Part shown: positions 30,440-39,526 of the stretch, piece by piece | Position numbering within the stretch: the first letter of the stretch is position 1 | Layout: every line of letters starts with the position of its first letter | DNA from: Candidatus Latescibacterota bacterium | GTDB taxonomy: Bacteria > Latescibacterota > UBA2968 | Direction: 5' to 3' | Assembly: GCA_965208125.1 (NCBI GenBank) | Contig: OZ242320.1 | Coordinates: 1,888,001-1,952,000, forward strand | DNA: 64,000 bases | Notes under the pieces: model-generated | What the model was told of the DNA's origin: nothing | The model's input: the letters and a program-made list of their open reading frames with translations, nothing else | Database searches by the model: none | Position numbers and translations under genes: made by a program

Positions 30440-31819
30440 ATGACCCGTAAACGACCAAACATAATCGCATTTTTAACCGACGACCAGGGCTATGGCGATC
30501 TGGGAATCTATGGAAATCCGGACCTGGACACGCCCCACATAGACCGCATCGGCCAGGAAGGACTCTGCCTGAATCAGCACTACACCGCATCCCCAATCTG
30601 CGCGCCTGCCCGAGCCGCTTTTTTAACCGGACGCTACAACCACCGCGTAGGCGCATTGAGCGTAGAATCAAACCGGGGACTGGACCGAATCGCACTCGGA
30701 GAATCCACAATCGCGGATTTATTCAAAGCAAACGGCTATGCAACGGGAATGGTGGGAAAATGGCACAACGGACTACACGACATGCGGTATCATCCGAACA
30801 ACCGGGGATTCGATGAATTCGCTGGATTCTTAAACGGCGGAATGAATTACTGGAACTGGATCATCGAATACAACGGACAGCCAAAATGGTCAGACGGCCG
30901 GTATCTCACAGACGTATTCACGCAGGACGCCATCGAATTTATCGAACGGCACAAAACAGAACCGTTCTTTCTCTACATAGCCTATAACGCGCCGCACGGA
31001 CCCCTCGAAGCCCCAGAAGAAGACGTCCGACCCTTTGAAGAAATGGAAAAATTCACCCGCGCCGTATGCCTCACCTACGGAATGATCCGGCGCATAGACA
31101 CTGGAATCGGACAAATCCTGGACACACTCGAACAACACAGCCTGGCGGAAGATACGATAATCCTTTACACCAGCGACAACGGACCGGTCCACCTCGGCAA
31201 AGGAGAAAACGACCAGACCCGCTACAACGGGCCATTTCGGGGCATGAAATACGATGTACTCGAAGGCGGAATCCGCGTACCCGGTCTGATCCGCTGGCCC
31301 GCGGGCTTGCCCCAGGGCAAGACCTGTGACGGAATGCTACATTTTACAGACTGGATGCCCACCTTCTTAAACGCCTGCGGAATCGACATACAGACGCCCT
31401 CAGACGGGATGGATGTCATGCCCGCATTACAGGGTGAACCCCAAAAACTCCCGACCAAACGATACTGGCAATTCAACCGCTACGACCCCATCGGCACATG
31501 CAATGCCGCGATGCGAGATGGGGAATGGAAGCTCTACTGGCCCCGCATTGAAGAAGCCATGCAAAAACTCAAATCCGATGGTCCGCCTTTCCAGAAAAAT
31601 TTCGAAGTACCGCATTTTCTCATGAACGTAGAAAATCCATCCGTGGAACGGACACTATCACCGCCCGGCGACCCGGAACTCTACAATATTGAAAACGATC
31701 CGCACGAAAACAGCAACCTCGCCCAACAACAGCCAGACCGCGTACACCGCATGAAACGCGAACTGGAAACGTGGTTCGAAGCCGTAGAAACGGATCGGCG
31801 ACGCATCGCATCGTCATAA
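30440..31819 (+). CDS. Arylsulfatase family sulfatase (Cys-type)
   Basis: 'PNII..LTDDQGYGD', 'CAPARAAFLTGR', 'GKWH', 'SDNG', 'EGGIRVP', 'ELYN...DP.E..NLA'. Confidence 0.93.
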   Translation: MTRKRPNIIAFLTDDQGYGDLGIYGNPDLDTPHIDRIGQEGLCLNQHYTASPICAPARAAFLTGRYNHRVGALSVESNRGLDRIALGESTIADLFKANGYATGMVGKWHNGLHDMRYHPNNRGFDEFAGFLNGGMNYWNWIIEYNGQPKWSDGRYLTDVFTQDAIEFIERHKTEPFFLYIAYNAPHGPLEAPEEDVRPFEEMEKFTRAVCLTYGMIRRIDTGIGQILDTLEQHSLAEDTIILYTSDNGPVHLGKGENDQTRYNGPFRGMKYDVLEGGIRVPGLIRWPAGLPQGKTCDGMLHFTDWMPTFLNACGIDIQTPSDGMDVMPALQGEPQKLPTKRYWQFNRYDPIGTCNAAMRDGEWKLYWPRIEEAMQKLKSDGPPFQKNFEVPHFLMNVENPSVERTLSPPGDPELYNIENDPHENSNLAQQQPDRVHRMKRELETWFEAVETDRRRIASS

Positions 31820-31827
31820 GTCGCAGA

Positions 31828-31889
31828 GTCGGGAAAAGGATTTCCCTCCTACGACTCGCTTACTGTTGGAGCGGCATCCCTGCCGCGAT
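31828..31889. repeat. Degenerate GTAG-REP doublet
   Basis: GTCGGGAAAAGGATTTCCCTCCTAC followed by GTTGGAGCGGCATCCCTGCCGCGA. Confidence 0.5.
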
Positions 31890-31953
31890 CACCCAATTTC
31901 GAGAACCTAATGCAAGATTGCTATATCTGATTAGTATCACAGATATAAACCTA

Positions 31954-31998
31954 AAATCGGTACAAATCTCAAGTTTAACTTGAAATATGTACCGATTT
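31954..31998. promoter_or_regulatory. 45-bp imperfect palindrome upstream of the AAA/DUF4143 gene
   Basis: AAATCGGTACA-AATC-TCAAGTT-T-AACTTGA-AATA-TGTACCGATTT; 20 of 22 positions pair. Confidence 0.55.
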
Positions 31999-32045
31999 GC
32001 TTATTTTACCCTTGAGTTGCATCAACGCGAACAGGGATCAGCACC

Positions 32046-33203
32046 GTGATATTGCGACAAATCGCCAGAGAATTGGCCGCGACAGCAAACGAATTTCCCG
32101 TAGTGACAATCATCGGTCCACGGCAGGCGGGAAAAACCACATTGGCACGCATGCAATTTCCCAACCACGCTTATGCGAACCTGGAAGCACCCGATATACG
32201 CCTGCTTGCGACAAGCGATCCCCACGCTTTCTTCTCACAATTTCCCCCCCCCGTTATCATCGACGAAATTCAGCGCGTACCCGAACTGCTCTCAACCATC
32301 CAGGTCCTCGCTGACAGCAACCCTCAACGCGGGCAATATATACTCACAGGCAGCCATCAGTTGCGTCTTCAAGAAGCCGTTGCCCAATCCCTGGCTGGAC
32401 GCATCGCCCTCTTGCGCTTGCTACCCCTGTCGATATCAGAACTCAAAGCAACCGGCATTACACACACGCGCGACGAATTTATCTATCAGGGTTTTATGCC
32501 CCGCCTTTACAACGAAAAAATCAATCCAACTCGCCTGTACCGAAATTACTGTCAAACCTATATTGAGCGCGACATCAGACAAATGATCAACCTCAGAAGC
32601 CTGATAGATTTTGAGAACTTCACGCGCCTGCTGGCCGGACGCGTCGGTCAGATTTTGAATCTGAGTTCTCTATCTAACGACGTGGGTGTGTCGAGTACCA
32701 CGTTAAAAGAATGGCTCTCCGTACTCGAAGCATCGCACACCATTTTCAGATTGAATCCCTATTTTGAAAACTTTGGCAAACGCATCATCAAATCGCCAAA
32801 AATCTATTTTACCGATGTCGGACTCGCTTCCTATTTGCTCGGCATTGAATCGCCCGCGCTCGCTGCCCGGGATCCACTAATCGGCAATCTCTTTGAAAAC
32901 ATGGTCGTCATCGAAGCCTTGAAAGCCAGACTCAACGCAGGAAAAGAGCCTGAACTCTACTTTTACCGAGACAACAAAGGCAACGAAGTAGATCTGTTAT
33001 TCAGGCAAAACAGGCAGTTAATCCCCATTGAAATCAAATCGGCCATGACATTTAATCCAGAATTTGCAAAAGGCATCGCACAATTCCAGAAAATCGCGTC
33101 ATCCGCGCAAAAAGGCCACATCATCTACGCAGGCAATCTCACACCCGAACTGTCCCATGCCAGCGTGCTGCATTTTACCAATATGGATAGCATCTTTCGG
33201 TAA
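32046..33203 (+). CDS. AAA_14 ATPase with DUF4143 domain
   Basis: 'GPRQAGKTT', 'IIDEIQR.P', 'ILTGS', 'SLAGR', 'YIERD', 'KSPKIYF.D.G', 'G.LFEN', 'EVD....IPIEIK'. Confidence 0.92.
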   Translation: MILRQIARELAATANEFPVVTIIGPRQAGKTTLARMQFPNHAYANLEAPDIRLLATSDPHAFFSQFPPPVIIDEIQRVPELLSTIQVLADSNPQRGQYILTGSHQLRLQEAVAQSLAGRIALLRLLPLSISELKATGITHTRDEFIYQGFMPRLYNEKINPTRLYRNYCQTYIERDIRQMINLRSLIDFENFTRLLAGRVGQILNLSSLSNDVGVSSTTLKEWLSVLEASHTIFRLNPYFENFGKRIIKSPKIYFTDVGLASYLLGIESPALAARDPLIGNLFENMVVIEALKARLNAGKEPELYFYRDNKGNEVDLLFRQNRQLIPIEIKSAMTFNPEFAKGIAQFQKIASSAQKGHIIYAGNLTPELSHASVLHFTNMDSIFR

Positions 33204-33299
33204 CATAGATGTGACCTGCTGAATCTGTTGTTCCTTCCAAATAAGCGACTTATATTCACAAAATTCCGGTATTTTATTCCCAAACAAGGACATTGGCCT

Positions 33300-35252
33300 A
33301 TGGAAAAAGACGCTTATGCCGACCTCACCTGGGAAGACCTTGAACACTGGGCGGGAACTACAATCGTCAGCAGGGGGCGCACCTACCAGCGCAACAATAG
33401 CGTCTCTGATTTGGGAATCACACCCGAAGGCACACTCATCGCCTATGTTCTGGGCAGCACGCGCTATGTCACACAAGTAGCAATCCAGGATGGGGACTTG
33501 ACCTCTGAGTGTACCTGTCCCTACTGGACAACTTGCAAACACGCGGTCGCCGTGGTATTGGAATATCTGATGTGTTTGAAGAACGATGTTGCAGTACCAG
33601 AAATCCCGCAAACAGACCCCCGCCCGGACAGGCTGCGAGAAACCGAGACAACCGGAGAAGAATATTGGGATCCCGAACTGGGCAGGTGGACAGATATAGA
33701 GGAACAACCAAAGGCCGAACAACAGCAGAACACCGAACCCCTTTTAACTTACCTCGAAAAACAGACCAAAGCGCAACTTGTAGAACTACTTGACGAACTC
33801 ACCGCCGTCTTTCCCGATGTACGAGAATTTATAGAGGATCGTCGAAACGTTCGCAGTGGCAATGCCGACACGCTGCACAAAGCGATCAGAAATGAAATAG
33901 CAGACATACGAGAACCCGATTGGGACGATTATAATTATAGAGGATATCAGACCGCAAATTTCGACCGTCTGCACGCATATCTCCAGGCACTTCTTCAAGA
34001 AGGTCAAGCAGACGAGATCGTTTATCTGGGCAAAGAGTTGATAGGTACCGTCACTTTTGCCATTGAAACCTATGATCGCGAAGGGGAAATGATTGACAAG
34101 GTCAGACCCAGCATCGAAACAGTAATTCAGGCACTGGCCTTATCCTCTCTACCTTCATCCGAACAATTGACATGGGTAGTGGATATAGAACTGGCAGATG
34201 ATTACGATCTTTGTACTGATGCATTGGAATCTTTTTGGAGTGATCGAGATACAAAATCCGACTGGAGCGAACTCGCCGACGAATTGCAGAAACGCCTGAA
34301 TAACATACCGATGTCCAAGGATGCTGACGGTGATATATCCACTTATCGGCGAGACCAATTGAGCAACTGGCTTATCTCGGCCCTCGAATGTGCTGGACGC
34401 GAGGCCGAAATTCTCCCTCTATGTGAGCAAGAGGCCGAAATAACCGGCGACAATGAGCGTCTGATCGATAGACTAATCGCTGAAAACCGCTTTGAAGACG
34501 CCGAAAACTGGTGTCACAGGGCAATTGCAAACACAGACCCCAATCACCCTGGCACCCTCTCGGCTCTCAAAGAGAGGCTACGCATCATCCGGGAAAAAAC
34601 CGGAGACCTATTGGGTGCTGCTGCCTTTCGTGCTGATAACTTTTTCAGGCGACCCTCTCTGCTCACCTTTCAAGAATTGTGCAAATCTGCACAAAAGGCC
34701 AAAGTGGGACCAGCGGTCGAAGCATGGGCGCGCTATTTTCTGGAAACAGGACACTTACCGCGAACAAAGGGCAGAAAGCGAAAAGGGGAACCGGATGACA
34801 AATGGCCTTTATCGTCAACCGGATTTCATGAAGACATTCGCCCTGCAGAGGGGCCAGTAACCCAAACACTGATCGAAATCGCCATTGCAGAAAAACAAAT
34901 AGAAGCAGTTCTGAAATGGTACGATCTGGAAACATCCCGCACAGATTACCGACGGGGCTATATGCCCGCCTCTTCACTCCAAATTGCCGAGATGGTAAAA
35001 GAAAAATATCCAGACCGCACCATAGAGATCTGGAAAAAAATGGCTGAGTCTGAGATCAGCCGTGTTGAAGTTTCCGGTTATCGGGAAGCTGGCACCTATC
35101 TCCGCGAAGTGCGAGACACGTTAAAGCGTCTCAACAGGGAAAAAGAATGGGAAACGTATTTGAGCGCGTTGAGAGACCAAAACAAAAGAAGACCGCGTTG
35201 CCTCGAAGTCCTGGATGGTTTGGCAGGCAAGCGCATCATCGATAGGGAATAG
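33300..35252 (+). CDS. SWIM zinc-finger protein
   Basis: 'RGR.Y', SWIM motif 'CTCP....CKHAVAV', then a helical C-terminal region. Confidence 0.85.
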   Translation: MEKDAYADLTWEDLEHWAGTTIVSRGRTYQRNNSVSDLGITPEGTLIAYVLGSTRYVTQVAIQDGDLTSECTCPYWTTCKHAVAVVLEYLMCLKNDVAVPEIPQTDPRPDRLRETETTGEEYWDPELGRWTDIEEQPKAEQQQNTEPLLTYLEKQTKAQLVELLDELTAVFPDVREFIEDRRNVRSGNADTLHKAIRNEIADIREPDWDDYNYRGYQTANFDRLHAYLQALLQEGQADEIVYLGKELIGTVTFAIETYDREGEMIDKVRPSIETVIQALALSSLPSSEQLTWVVDIELADDYDLCTDALESFWSDRDTKSDWSELADELQKRLNNIPMSKDADGDISTYRRDQLSNWLISALECAGREAEILPLCEQEAEITGDNERLIDRLIAENRFEDAENWCHRAIANTDPNHPGTLSALKERLRIIREKTGDLLGAAAFRADNFFRRPSLLTFQELCKSAQKAKVGPAVEAWARYFLETGHLPRTKGRKRKGEPDDKWPLSSTGFHEDIRPAEGPVTQTLIEIAIAEKQIEAVLKWYDLETSRTDYRRGYMPASSLQIAEMVKEKYPDRTIEIWKKMAESEISRVEVSGYREAGTYLREVRDTLKRLNREKEWETYLSALRDQNKRRPRCLEVLDGLAGKRIIDRE

Positions 35253-35314
35253 ATTATGTATGAGAGATGGTCCAAATCCGAGAAAGCCGCAGCCAGGTGG
35301 GCATCGGAGCCGCC

Positions 35315-36052
35315 CTATTCGACCGCAAACAACCGGTTGCGTGCCGGCAGGCTGACAATCTTCGAGAAATGGTAGATCTGCAAATCGGGGTGGTCGGGAT
35401 CGACCGTGGTGGGCACTTCGATCACGAAATCGGCGAAGTACGGGACATTAAAAGCCACGAAAGCCAGCATTAGGCAATCAATGAGCCGTTCGGGACGCAC
35501 CGAAAGGTCCGGGAACGCAATCGGACCGGTATCGACCTGGTAGCGGTCGTCGTCACGGCGGGTATTCATCGTCTTAACCGGACATTCAATCAGTGCCCGA
35601 AGGCCGGTATCGTCGTTGCGGATCTCGGTCTGCGAAACCAGCGGCGCGAAGCAATACGTCTCCTCTCGGATCGCCGCGTTCGTCGGCAACTCGCGAATCG
35701 TCGCGCCTTCCACAAGGTGCAGGTCGTAACCGCCGAACATCTCCGTGTACGGGCGCGTTTCCCGATAGCGATCGCTGAGATAGGCCTGGCGCCTGAAAAT
35801 GAGACCGTACCCGGCACTAAAGATCGGCAGGAAATCGTAGTTGTCCTGTATAAACAGATCCTGCTCGTGAAAGGTATTCTCGCTCTTGCATGAGGCTGTC
35901 TGGTAGAAATCCTCACAGATCCCCCGCCTGTCGTCGATAACGCGGGTGCGCGACTCGATCCAGAAGCGCGCCTCATTAGTGTGCCCTTTACCGATCAGGA
36001 ACGAGCGTCCGTAATCCAGTGGCGTCATGTCGATTTGCGTATTGTCACTCAT
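35315..36052 (-). CDS. Hypothetical protein, visibly more GC-rich than its neighbours
   Basis: 245-aa ORF with a GGAGGA RBS before the ATG at 36052. No motif recognised. Confidence 0.7.
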   Translation of the reverse strand: MSDNTQIDMTPLDYGRSFLIGKGHTNEARFWIESRTRVIDDRRGICEDFYQTASCKSENTFHEQDLFIQDNYDFLPIFSAGYGLIFRRQAYLSDRYRETRPYTEMFGGYDLHLVEGATIRELPTNAAIREETYCFAPLVSQTEIRNDDTGLRALIECPVKTMNTRRDDDRYQVDTGPIAFPDLSVRPERLIDCLMLAFVAFNVPYFADFVIEVPTTVDPDHPDLQIYHFSKIVSLPARNRLFAVE

Positions 36053-36168
36053 TGATCTTCCTCCGCCAGCTAAGCGCGCCGCTCGTCCGCCATATCCACA
36101 TTCCACGCCTCAATAACGATATCCTCGCAGCGTCGGAATACGGATCTCTCCATTTCACACTTCCTACT

Positions 36169-37167
36169 TCACACTTCACCCTTCAAAAACCCCTGAACCC
36201 GCGGATGATCGAGCACATCGGTATTGAGCACATCCCTCGGCGTGCGACCTTCAAGCGCGTCAATAATTTGCTCCACGCAACACTCGTCAAGCCGAATAGC
36301 GGACTCAACGGTAATGCCCGCATTGTGATTGGTACAGATAATGCGGGGATGGTCTTTGTGAATCGCACGCGTCTGATTGACCGGATCATCGACGAGATAA
36401 TAATAGAGCCGCTCCTCTTTAATCGCCCGGTTCACCGCCTCGTCATCCACCAGATTGCCGCGCGAGGGATTAATCACTGAAGCGTGGGGTTTCATCGCAC
36501 AGAGCAAATCATAGGTCACAACCGTCTCATCGCCCGAAAGATGGAGAGAAATCGCATCGCATTCCTCAAAAAGGACGCGGGGATCATCGACCACCTCGGC
36601 ATCGTACTGCGCGGCAACCGCCTCAATATCCGGACGGATATCATAAACCAGCAAACGTCCAGAATCGCCCAGAAGCGGACGCGCGCGCTCCGCCATCGCC
36701 TGACCAATCCGCCCGAGTCCCCAGATCCCCAGCGCAGAACCCTCCGCGTCATAAGTCCTGATAATCTCAAAATTCCCCGCATGGCTATTTCGGTTCAAAG
36801 TATAAACGCGCTTCAGCGCGGCCAGCCACTGCGCGATCGCAAACTCGGCAACCGTAGCCATATGCACGGGAGCCACCGTCACAATAACACCGCAATCGGT
36901 TGCGCGCGGCACATCGACCTTTTCAAACCCCACACCCCACCGCGCAACAATGCGCAAATCGCGCGCCGTGGCGTAAAACTCGGGCGTAAACACCACCGAA
37001 TCCGCCAGAACACCCACCACACCCTCGGCGTGCTCGGCACCAAATTCGGTCTCATCGTAAAACTCCACCTCCGCATAATCGCGCAACCTGTCAATCGCCT
37101 TTGTCCGCTCCTCAGATGCAAACTCGGGACCCTGCAATTTATCTGTAATAAGAATTCTTTGACCCAT
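36169..37167 (-). CDS. D-isomer-specific 2-hydroxyacid dehydrogenase family
   Basis: 'ARWGVGFEKVD', 'GIWGLGRIG', 'INPSRGNLVD', 'H.AG.T.E'. Confidence 0.88.
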   Translation of the reverse strand: MGQRILITDKLQGPEFASEERTKAIDRLRDYAEVEFYDETEFGAEHAEGVVGVLADSVVFTPEFYATARDLRIVARWGVGFEKVDVPRATDCGVIVTVAPVHMATVAEFAIAQWLAALKRVYTLNRNSHAGNFEIIRTYDAEGSALGIWGLGRIGQAMAERARPLLGDSGRLLVYDIRPDIEAVAAQYDAEVVDDPRVLFEECDAISLHLSGDETVVTYDLLCAMKPHASVINPSRGNLVDDEAVNRAIKEERLYYYLVDDPVNQTRAIHKDHPRIICTNHNAGITVESAIRLDECCVEQIIDALEGRTPRDVLNTDVLDHPRVQGFLKGEV

Positions 37168-37197
37168 AGTATTTTGCCCTTAAAATAAAATTTACCC

Positions 37198-38088
37198 CTA
37201 CCCAATCAGCGGCAACAACGTCTCAGCGGTTTTCTTCACCAGAAAAGTGTAAAACGCCTCACTCAACAGACTGCTCCCGTGATCCTGAATAAATTTGAGT
37301 TCCTCCGGTGTAATATCAACGGGATTGGTCTCAACCGCATTGGGATATTCATTCGCAGGCGTCCGATCAATCGGCGCAACAAACTCCACCGTCAGCGCGT
37401 CATCATAACCCACCTCTTTGAGCGTCGCCACCAATCTTGCCCAATCCCAGTTCCCCAGCCCACACGCCATGCGATTGTTATCCGCCACGTGAAAATCCAC
37501 GAGCCGATCACCGGCATCCCGAATAGCCTGATACGGGTCCGCCTCTTCGATATTGATATGAAAAGCATCTAAACACACCCCGCAATTCGCACCCGTCGCC
37601 TCTGCCAGGGCAAGCGCCTGAGCACCCCGGGTAATAAAATACGTCTCAAACCGATTGATGGGTTCAATAGCGAGACGAATCCCCTCCCTTTCGGAATGAT
37701 CGTAAACCTCCTGCATGCCAGCCACAGCCCATTCCCATTCTTCATCCGGCGTGGCATCCGGTTCGATTTTTCCCACAGTAGCTGGCACCACCGTCAGCTC
37801 ATGTCCATTGAGTTCTTTAACCATCGTAACACAGTCCTTGACGTATTGCACGGATTGTGCCCGAATCCCCGCGTCTTTGGCCAGCATATTGCGGTCGCCC
37901 ATCATCAAAGTCACCGCCCCCCAGCAGCGGATATTGTATTTATCGAGCAAAGCACGCACTTCTGACGTATCATACCGCTCGGGCTCACCGCTAAGCTCAA
38001 TACTCTCGTACCCAAATTGCGCCAACCGCTCAAGCGTAACTTCAAGAGACTCCGACCGCATCCAATTGTGCATAGATAAATGCATCAA
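37198..38088 (-). CDS. Sugar phosphate isomerase/epimerase (AP_endonuc_2 TIM barrel)
   Basis: 'IEPINRFE', 'LDAFH.NIEE', 'HVADNNR...G.G..DW', 'VE'. Confidence 0.88.
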   Translation of the reverse strand: MMHLSMHNWMRSESLEVTLERLAQFGYESIELSGEPERYDTSEVRALLDKYNIRCWGAVTLMMGDRNMLAKDAGIRAQSVQYVKDCVTMVKELNGHELTVVPATVGKIEPDATPDEEWEWAVAGMQEVYDHSEREGIRLAIEPINRFETYFITRGAQALALAEATGANCGVCLDAFHINIEEADPYQAIRDAGDRLVDFHVADNNRMACGLGNWDWARLVATLKEVGYDDALTVEFVAPIDRTPANEYPNAVETNPVDITPEELKFIQDHGSSLLSEAFYTFLVKKTAETLLPLIG

Positions 38089-38906
38089 TAACCCCCCTGA
38101 ACAATAACATCTGGCGTATTTTCAACGCGCCCCCACCAGAGCGCCATATCAAAAGTGGGATCTCCCGTCAGAAAACGCCAGAACTTGATGCGATTCATAA
38201 GTTCTATGCGATGGCGTTGTCCGTGCCAGGGAATCTTCTGATTGAGTTTCTGTATGACCTCGGGACTATCCAGATCATCCGTATTCCACAAACGCTGCTG
38301 CCGGACCGTGGGATTGAGACGGAGCTTAAACATATACCGATCTCTATCCGTAAAATTGCTCCGCGCCGAATGCCATATATTGGTATGCCAGAAAAACATC
38401 GTCCCCGCCTCGCAAACCGCCTGCACCTGTCCTATGATATTTTGATAGCGCTTGATCTCGGCTTCGTGGACCCGGCGAAATTGCGTACCCGGCACAAAAA
38501 GCGTACCCCCGCTTTCCAGCGGCGTATCCTCTGGAAAAAAGGAAATCTGAATATCGAAATGCAAATCGCGAACATCGTATTCGGCATCCTGATGCAAATT
38601 GGCACCCTTGCGCGTATTTGCTGGCGTGAGATGCGCCGCATGGTGATCGTATCGCGGGTTGGGACCCACCAGACTGTGAATAATCGCTGCCACTTTGGGC
38701 AGGCGAAAAACCTTGCCAATGGCTTCATCGGGCCAGGCCTCGCTAAAAGGCGAACCCATCGGAGCGCGGCGTCTGAGCTTGCCCGTACTCATCTCTTCGT
38801 GTGCAGCTTCGCAGAGTTCACGCGGCACCAGATTGTCAAAACGCAGAAAACCCGTACTTGCAAACTGCGCCATTTCCACGGACGTAAGCAAAAGATTCTT
38901 ATCCAT
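38085..38906 (-). CDS. Phytanoyl-CoA dioxygenase (PhyH) family protein
   Basis: 'F...GFL', HxD 'LHQD', 'GGT.FVPGT', 'AG....H..IWH....N.T..DR'. GGAGG RBS before the ATG at 38906. Confidence 0.85.
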   Translation of the reverse strand: MDKNLLLTSVEMAQFASTGFLRFDNLVPRELCEAAHEEMSTGKLRRRAPMGSPFSEAWPDEAIGKVFRLPKVAAIIHSLVGPNPRYDHHAAHLTPANTRKGANLHQDAEYDVRDLHFDIQISFFPEDTPLESGGTLFVPGTQFRRVHEAEIKRYQNIIGQVQAVCEAGTMFFWHTNIWHSARSNFTDRDRYMFKLRLNPTVRQQRLWNTDDLDSPEVIQKLNQKIPWHGQRHRIELMNRIKFWRFLTGDPTFDMALWWGRVENTPDVIVQGGY

Positions 38907-39189
38907 TGATAGCCTCCATTTTTTCCAGGACAAATTCAAAATCGAGATAATCGTTTTCGTATTCGCGCCCAACTTGCGGTGCTTTGATAAAAGGCACCTG
39001 AATAACGCGCCAGCCATCGCGCATGGCATCCAGCACAGAATTATAAGGCGGCTCGGCATCTTCACCTGCAGCCTCAAACATCTCATCAGTCGTGCCATCG
39101 TAAAGTGACCAACCAACAACTTCACTCTCCAAACTGGAATTGCCCAGATAGAGAAAGAGAAGTTTTTGTCTCAGTTGTGTTTCAGGCAT
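38899..39189 (-). CDS. Small hypothetical protein coupled to the PhyH gene
   Basis: 96 aa, AAGGA RBS, overlaps the PhyH start. Contains 'PPY.SVLDAM.DGWRVIQ'. Confidence 0.7.
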   Translation of the reverse strand: MPETQLRQKLLFLYLGNSSLESEVVGWSLYDGTTDEMFEAAGEDAEPPYNSVLDAMRDGWRVIQVPFIKAPQVGREYENDYLDFEFVLEKMEAING

Positions 39190-39209
39190 CCGCGGATTCC
39201 TTTCTCTTT

Positions 39210-39515
39210 TCACGTCTCATAATCAAACACCAGCACATCATCCACAATCGGACGTATAAAAGTCTGGCTGAGTGCTCTGTGATCCGGGTGTGGCAAATAG
39301 AAATCTCGCGCGGCCTCATCCGCAAACCGAATAATAAAACCCCAGTCGTAGCCGTAGTTTTTCCCCTCCGGACTGTTATTATATCCACCCGTAATCTCCT
39401 CCATACCGGGAATACTGCCCTTTTCTTTAAGTGCAATCAGACCATCGTGTAGCGCCCGGGTCTGTTCCCGCGTAACCCCATCTTTGAGCTTGAGAAGAAC
39501 AATATGATCTATCAT
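39210..39515 (-). CDS. Dabb (stress-responsive alpha/beta barrel) protein
   Basis: 'IDHIVLLKLK', 'IPG', 'G.N.SPE', 'Y..HP.H', 'VFDY'. Confidence 0.88.
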   Translation of the reverse strand: MIDHIVLLKLKDGVTREQTRALHDGLIALKEKGSIPGMEEITGGYNNSPEGKNYGYDWGFIIRFADEAARDFYLPHPDHRALSQTFIRPIVDDVLVFDYET

Positions 39516-39526
39516 AGAAAACCCTT

